Shown here piece by piece: positions 60,801-64,000 of a DNA stretch of 64,000 bases. The notes under the pieces were generated by a model. That model was not told where the DNA came from and ran no database searches. It was given only the letters and a program-made list of their open reading frames with translations. The position numbers and the translations under genes were made by a program. The DNA comes from Octopus sinensis. Taxonomy: Eukaryota. Where the stretch lies: positions 5,890,001 through 5,954,000 of the forward strand of contig NC_043016.1 in the NCBI RefSeq assembly GCF_006345805.1, in the 5' to 3' direction. Numbering within the stretch: the stretch's first letter is position 1; each line of letters starts with the position of its first letter.

Positions 60801-63565
60801 GTGCTAGAGTTTGAGGTGAATAGACAGCGAAAGCAAGGTAGACCGAGGAAAATGCAGAAGGGAAAAGTGGAGGAGGAGATTGGGAGGGTTGGCTTGAGAA
60901 GGGAGGATGCCCAAAACTGGGCAAGATGGTGAAATGGTGTGAGAGTGGTTGCTATGGCATTGAGGTAGATTCTGGATACCCCCGTTAACAGGGAGAAACT
61001 CGGATTCAAGTGACGGATGATGATGAACAGCAAGGGTGCTGTTGCAATGGCAACTTGTGCCTGCACTGCTGAATTTTTCTGCAATTAATTTCGCCGTGCC
61101 AAAAGAGTATATGAGAAATTTTACCTAATGTAGAGAAGTCATGTAAAAACAAAAAGACTATTTCTTACCAATGCCTCTTGGAGTGAGTCCACTTCTGTCG
61201 TAGGGATTCACAACCCAGTAGTAATACTTCAATGTGTGCATTGTTTGTAGTACAGCACTCACACGCCGGATGCTGTTGTAAATCTGGGCATCATTGATAA
61301 ATTCTGTAGCAAGGTAGCTGTAGAGTTTGGTTTGTACCTGTGCAAGAAAAAAAAGAACATAACTTCATTTGGAAACTAATCATGGATTAATGATTCTTTT
61401 CAAGTTTAACACAGGGTAAAGAGTAAATACCCCATTCAGTCATGAATGACCATAGGATTGCACTAGAAAGATATCCCCCACGGCACAAGTCTGAGCAAGG
61501 TTGTTTATGGAAGACCAGCAGTCGCCCATGCATACCAGCCTCTCCCTCTCCACACTACCAATGTTGTCCAAGAGAAAGGCAAAGACTGATACAGCTTGGC
61601 ACCAGTGACATCACAATCATTTCTATAGATGAGTGAACTGGAGCAACGTGAAATAAAGTGCCTTGCTAAAGAACACAACACACAGTCCGGTCCAGGAACT
61701 GAACTCACTACCTCGCGATTCTGAGCCCAACATTTTAACCACTGAGCCATGCGCTGTCACAAGTTTAACACAAGGTCATCAATATTTGGGAGAGAGGGTG
61801 AGTTGATTATATTAGCCCTAGTACTGGACTGGTACTATATTTTATTAACACTGAAAGGATGAAAAACAGTTGACCTCTGCAGAATTTGAACTCAAAGGGA
61901 AAAGGACGGGAAGAAATGTCACTATATATTTTGTTTAATACACTAATGATTCTGCAGATGATGGTGGTGATGATGATGATGGTGATGATGATGATGATGG
62001 TGATGATGATGACGACGATGATGACAATGGAGACGATTATGATGATGGTGATAGTGATGATGATGATGATGTTGATTATGATTATGATAATGACGACGAC
62101 GACAATGATGATGGTGATAGTGATGGTGATAGTGATGATGATGATGATGATAGTGATGATGATGATGATTCTAAAATGTGAGTAGCCATGTGGCTATCTT
62201 TTCAGTAAGAAACCTATTCTTCTCTGGGCCCCTTTTCTCAGACTTTTACCACTCATCTCCTAGCAAATATCATGTCTTAGGGGTCATAGTCTTGCAAGCT
62301 GCATGGTAACCTTATACTGTTGCTGGTGTTACAAAGAGAAAAAAAGAAAAGAAAAGCACCCAGTATACTCTGTAAAGTGGTCAGTGTTAGGAAGGGCATC
62401 CAGCCATAGAAAACCATGCTAAAACAGACTGTGGTGTATGATGCAGTCCTTAGGCCAACAGACCCTGTAAGACTGTCCAGTCCTTGCTAGCATGGAACAT
62501 GAACGTTCAATGAAGATGATAATATGATGATGATGATGATGACCTGGAAATTGAAAAGATACCAAATCATTTCTTACCTCCACAGAAGCATATATCCAGA
62601 GACCTGGATTAAAGAGGATGTGATCAAAGAGGTGCTTCAACAAGGTTCCACCAGCAGGCAACTTTACCAAGTACTGGGTTAGCTTCAAAAAGCTGTTTAA
62701 AACTTCTGGAGTTATGTGTTCTCTTGAAGACTGTAAAAAAAAAATGGTATTTTGATAAAAAAAAAAATTTAATTATTTTACTTTACCATCAGCCAACTCC
62801 ATCCTTATCTACCATCAACCATTTCTACCACTGACTCACTCCCCTTCACACTCTCACAAACTTACCTACCCACCTATACCACTTCTCTTTAACCCTTTAG
62901 CATTTCAACCAGCCACATCTGGCCAAAATATTCTGTCTGTTTTTATCTTCAAGCTGGCCAGATCTGGCCTGTTACACTTACCCTAAAATATTATTCTAAA
63001 AACAAACAATCAAGTCATTGATATCTTAAAAGTACAAGATAATGCTTAAAACTAATTCGAATCAATGTAAACAAATAAGCATTACATTTGACAGATAAAT
63101 CTGAATGCTAAAGGCTTGTTTATCTTCTTTTATCTTGAGGATGTGCCCCGACAAATTTTCACTGCCATCCTCCTTGTTTCCCAACTGGAGTGACCATGTA
63201 TTTCTTCAACAGCAAGACACCTGCATCCTCTCCTACTATCACATGTTATTCTCTCATCACCTTGCATAAAAACCACCACCCTCAGTTGAGGGGTTTTGTC
63301 TCGTGTCCTGTAAGTTACTTGGTGACTTCACTAATGCTGAAATCATGTGTGTGCAAAACACCCAGTAAACCCTGTGAAGTGGTTGGCATTAGAAAGAGCA
63401 CCCAATCATAGAAAGCATGCCAAAGCAAGCATATATGTATTTATATAATGTAATACCTTTTCTAGGAGGTAGCTGATGACAAGGAATCCTTTGCTCTGCA
63501 GTAGTTCTTCCTGGATTGACGAAGAGCTTTCAAGAAGGTCACACAACAGCCCCATTAGGTTAGCA
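1821..63565 (-). CDS. NBEA: Neurobeachin/LRBA-family BEACH protein (partial, multi-exon; both ends outside window)
   Basis: 21 exons with GT-AG boundaries and compatible phases join into one frame with motifs I recognise from NBEA/LRBA/rugose: [100 protein letters not shown] versus LRBA cannot be resolved; invertebrates usually have one co-ortholog. Confidence 0.95.
2441..2775 (+). mobile_element. tRNA-derived SINE (second family); inverted copy at ~61490-61753
   Basis: TGGTTCAGTGGTTAGAGC...GAGCTCGAATCCCGG tRNA-like head followed by TGTGTTCTTGAGCAAGACACTT body, shared by both copies. Confidence 0.75.
3140..3503 (+). mobile_element. LINE reverse-transcriptase fragment (RTE-like)
   Basis: [14 protein letters not shown]...YKGKGD...NYRGIKL...[15 protein letters not shown] motifs. 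Confidence 0.9.
4872..5090 (+). mobile_element. Penelope-like terminal-repeat fragment; inverted copy at 51043-51257
   Basis: Two highly similar ~215-bp copies flanked by (TA)n, each containing a decayed CTGANGA..GAAA hammerhead-like motif. Confidence 0.55.
5404..5512 (-). CDS. NBEA: Exon U ([36 protein letters not shown])
   Basis: CAG acceptor, GTAAAT donor, 109 nt. Confidence 0.95.
5880..7073 (-). mobile_element. Head-to-tail stack of ~5 Deu/Nin-like SINE copies separated by (AAT)/(ACT)/(ATG) microsatellites
   Basis: Motif GACCTCGGCAGAATTTGAA (or variant) recurs at ~5995, 6162, 6473, 6738, 6979. Confidence 0.8.
8001..9150 (+). mobile_element. Degenerate mariner transposase interrupted by a SINE-like insertion (8380-8985)
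   Basis: Left part [19 protein letters not shown]; right part [37 protein letters not shown]. Confidence 0.7.
8551..8952 (+). repeat. 63-bp tandem repeat, ~6.4 copies, inside a SINE-like element
   Basis: Units start at 8551, 8614, 8677, 8740, 8803, 8866, 8929. Confidence 0.95.
10860..10986 (-). CDS. NBEA: Exon T ([42 protein letters not shown])
   Basis: CAG acceptor, GTAAGT donor, 127 nt; DUF1088-region motif. Confidence 0.95.
11689..12199. mobile_element. Pogo/Tigger-like MITE
   Basis: TIR CCGTAAATCCTCAAGTATAATCCAC ... GTGGACTATACTCGAGGATTTACTG followed by TA. Confidence 0.75.
13385..14284 (-). CDS. NBEA: Exon S, 900 nt (S/T/E-rich linker then [41 protein letters not shown])
   Basis: CAG acceptor at 14285-14286, GTAAGT donor, phase 1-1; conserved C-terminal motif. 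Confidence 0.93.
19171..19296 (-). CDS. NBEA: Exon R ([42 protein letters not shown])
   Basis: Pyrimidine tract+CAG, strong GTGAGT donor, 126 nt, symmetric phase 1-1, acidic-linker composition. Confidence 0.8.
19988..20385 (+). mobile_element. tRNA-derived CORE-type SINE, full length (head + internal microsatellite + tail); other copies at 660-1100(-), 14986-15140, 17600-17763, 58540-58680(-)
   Basis: A-box-like TGGCTGTGTGG, B-box-like GGTTCAGTCCC, CORE-like CTTGGGCAAGTGTC, (GTAAAAGA)n tail; resembles octopus CORE-SINEs (family name not verified). Confidence 0.8.
21075..21375 (+). mobile_element. RTE-type LINE 3' end
   Basis: [10 protein letters not shown]...RWT...WYP...[11 protein letters not shown]-terminal signature. 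Confidence 0.85.
23015..23390 (-). mobile_element. LINE 3' fragment (RTE-like); same family on + strand at 57975-58256
   Basis: [12 protein letters not shown]...[29 protein letters not shown] shared by both copies. Confidence 0.85.
24319..24777 (-). CDS. NBEA: Candidate exon Q ([25 protein letters not shown]...; 3' end uncertain)
   Basis: CAG acceptor at 24778-24779 in the phase required after exon P; open, non-repetitive sequence. Weak phase-1 donors end the exon at 24517 (GTAGTG, 261 nt) or 24319 (GTTTCC, 459 nt); otherwise the frame stops at 24293. Confidence 0.55.
27768..27980. repeat. Compound (TA)/(CA)/(TACA) microsatellite (similar tracts at 850-950, 14805-14983, 22390-22605, 24100-24305)
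   Basis: Direct inspection. Confidence 0.95.
29018..29186 (-). CDS. NBEA: Exon P ([32 protein letters not shown]...KDVS)
   Basis: CAG acceptor, GTAAAA donor, 169 nt, ends phase 1. Confidence 0.92.
29489..35721. repeat. 29-bp tandem satellite, ~215 copies (GATGAAAGGTT[A/G]AAGTATGATAGCAGG[G/A]T)
   Basis: Period of 29 read directly (aaaggtt at 29521 and 29550); ~6.2 kb inside the intron between exons O and P. Confidence 0.98.
36331..36438 (-). CDS. NBEA: Exon O ([36 protein letters not shown])
   Basis: CAG acceptor, GTATGT donor, 108 nt. Confidence 0.93.
36733..36905 (-). CDS. NBEA: Exon N ([13 protein letters not shown]...[10 protein letters not shown])
   Basis: CAG acceptor, GTGAAC donor, 173 nt; VRNCLEC motif. 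Confidence 0.9.
37781..38478 (-). mobile_element. Most abundant dispersed element in the window (SINE-like, (GAT)n tail); many copies, e.g. 3505-3735, 8380-8985, 10193-10437, 15308-15590, 18040-18380, 27981-28475, 39150-39655, 44113-44390, 55860-56250
   Basis: Shared core CCATGCTAGCATGGGTTGGACG...GGATGCCCTTCCTAAYGCCAACCACT and terminal (CAT)n; variable internal GTGCCA-containing units. Confidence 0.85.
38585..38765 (-). CDS. NBEA: Exon M ([17 protein letters not shown]...[16 protein letters not shown])
   Basis: TAG acceptor, GTAAGT donor, 181 nt. Confidence 0.94.
40568..40814. mobile_element. MITE with GG termini and 8-bp TSD GGGACAGA (Merlin/Mutator-like)
   Basis: TIR GGTACTACTAGYGAACAGTGRTCCC, ~80-bp arms; TSD at 40560-40567 and 40815-40822. 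Confidence 0.85.
41191..41344 (-). CDS. NBEA: Exon L ([15 protein letters not shown]...[16 protein letters not shown])
   Basis: CAG acceptor, GTATGT donor, 154 nt. Confidence 0.94.
41536..41982. mobile_element. MITE with GGATCTTTTC termini and 8-bp TSD AGAAATAT
   Basis: ~30-bp TIRs; TSD at 41528-41535 and 41983-41990. Confidence 0.88.
42128..42875 (-). mobile_element. Mariner transposon remnant (TIR-like end + N-terminal transposase)
   Basis: WVPHKL (WVPHEL motif), [36 protein letters not shown]. Confidence 0.9.
44399..44626 (+). mobile_element. tRNA-headed SINE with Deu/Nin-like domain, flanked by TSD GGTATAAGTC; other copies at 43188-43415(-), 26118-26347(-), 37037-37245(+)
   Basis: GAGTTCAAATTC B-box; GCCTTTCxTCCTTTCGGGGTCGATAAATTAAGTACCAG resembles the Deu/Nin domain; flanking direct repeats seen at several copies. 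Confidence 0.8.
45115..47534 (-). CDS. NBEA: Exon K, giant 2420-nt exon ([14 protein letters not shown]...acidic linker...[40 protein letters not shown])
   Basis: TAG acceptor at 47535-47536, GTATGG donor; uninterrupted ORF (830-aa track entry); both ends carry conserved family motifs. Confidence 0.93.
46423..46556 (-). repeat. Coding 24-bp minisatellite (GEGDEKIK), ~5-6 copies, in exon K
   Basis: Repeated tttaattttctcatctccttctcc on + strand. Confidence 0.9.
47660..48070. mobile_element. Second copy of the GGATCTTTTC MITE, TSD AGATGTCC/AGATGTAC
   Basis: Near-identical to 41536-41982, same orientation. Confidence 0.88.
49735..49927 (-). CDS. NBEA: Exon J ([12 protein letters not shown]...[16 protein letters not shown])
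   Basis: CAG acceptor, GTAGGA donor, 193 nt. Confidence 0.95.
52031..52154 (-). CDS. NBEA: Exon I ([12 protein letters not shown]...[17 protein letters not shown])
   Basis: CAG acceptor, GTTTGT donor, 124 nt, phase 1-2. Confidence 0.93.
52895..52976 (-). CDS. NBEA: Exon H ([27 protein letters not shown])
   Basis: CAG acceptor, GTAAGA donor, 82 nt. Confidence 0.92.
53343..53600 (+). mobile_element. CR1-like LINE RT fragment
   Basis: [14 protein letters not shown]...[19 protein letters not shown] motif. Confidence 0.85.
53764..53872 (-). CDS. NBEA: Exon G ([21 protein letters not shown]...TYNVLFE)
   Basis: CAG acceptor, GTAAGT donor, 109 nt. Confidence 0.94.
55105..55197 (-). CDS. NBEA: Exon F ([31 protein letters not shown])
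   Basis: CAG acceptor, GTAAGT donor, 93 nt, phase 2-2. Confidence 0.93.
56705..56802 (-). CDS. NBEA: Exon E ([33 protein letters not shown])
   Basis: CAG acceptor, GTAAGA donor, 98 nt. Confidence 0.94.
58958..59100 (-). CDS. NBEA: Exon D ([19 protein letters not shown]...[16 protein letters not shown])
   Basis: CAG acceptor, GTGGGT donor, 143 nt, phase 1-0. Confidence 0.94.
59578..61027 (+). mobile_element. Internally deleted RTE-like LINE (5' region + APE N-terminus joined to RT C-terminus/Cys cluster + 3' tail)
   Basis: GSWNVGSL...VDVCCV.EVRWR...GVGVLV, then [50 protein letters not shown], (GAT)n tail. Confidence 0.85.
61169..61337 (-). CDS. NBEA: Exon C ([13 protein letters not shown]...[24 protein letters not shown])
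   Basis: CAG acceptor, GTAAGA donor, 169 nt; translated manually, not in ORF track. Confidence 0.95.
61957..62169. repeat. (ATG)n-rich microsatellite
   Basis: Degenerate GAT/GGT/GAC trinucleotide run. Confidence 0.95.
62578..62730 (-). CDS. NBEA: Exon B ([10 protein letters not shown]...[18 protein letters not shown])
   Basis: CAG acceptor, GTAAGA donor, 153 nt, phase 0-0. Confidence 0.93.
63457..63565 (-). CDS. NBEA: Exon A ([36 protein letters not shown])
   Basis: Pyrimidine tract+TAG acceptor, GTATTA donor, 109 nt; KGFLVIxYxLEK motif. Confidence 0.92.
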
Positions 63566-64000
63566 CTAGAAATAATGAGAAGAGAAAAAAAAAAACAACA
63601 GGTTAAGTGTTGAAAGAGAGAGAAAGAAATAATAGATGGACAAAGAGAGAGAAAGGGATAGGGAAAGATAGTGTGAGAGAGAGGGGAGAGATTTGTAGGA
63701 AAACAGAAATAGATATTTAGAAACGGATAAATGAACACAGATAATCTATTCATTCACATACATCCACAGAGACAGAGGGAAGAGAGAGGGGAGATTGGTG
63801 ACAGCTGGTATTCACAAATGGGGGAAAAGCAATCAATATCCAAGTAGAATTTATATTATGAGAAGTTTCTGTCTACCGAGCCCACTTGCAAGGCTTTGGT
63901 CAGAGACCAAATCCAAAACCTTGTAACTGGGAAGCAAATTTCTTAACAACATCATCCAAACTTGTGTGTGTACCTACAATGGGCCTCCTTCAGTTTCAAT

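Noticed and set aside
61886-62185. Met-rich (reflectin-like) protein
   Set aside because: Translation of an (ATG)n microsatellite; no reflectin motif

Overview
AT-rich animal genomic DNA, most likely a coleoid cephalopod (Octopus-type SINE families and (TA)/(CA)/(ATG) microsatellite load; this is inference). The window lies inside one large minus-strand gene encoding a BEACH-domain protein of the neurobeachin/LRBA/rugose family. I traced 21 exons (63565->1821) with canonical GT-AG sites and compatible phases, 5907 nt or about 1970 codons, plus one less certain cassette-like exon. They cover the armadillo-like region, a very large acidic linker and the DUF1088 region. The start codon and the PH-BEACH-WD40 end lie outside the window. 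Introns hold tRNA-derived SINEs, RTE/CR1 LINE fragments, mariner/pogo remnants, GG-terminated MITEs with 8-bp TSDs, Penelope-like hairpins with decayed hammerhead motifs and a 6.2-kb 29-bp satellite. I see no clearly new multi-gene system. The best leads are: (i) the satellite, which appears seeded from a dispersed element, has ~1.55-kb higher-order structure and in pre-mRNA sense is an almost AG-free YCAY/YGCY/branch-point-like array; (ii) apparently lineage-specific inserts in the protein (2.4-kb acidic exon with a Tyr/Gly repeat, and a Cys/His-rich candidate exon); (iii) several dsRNA-forming structures in a lineage known for heavy A-to-I editing.
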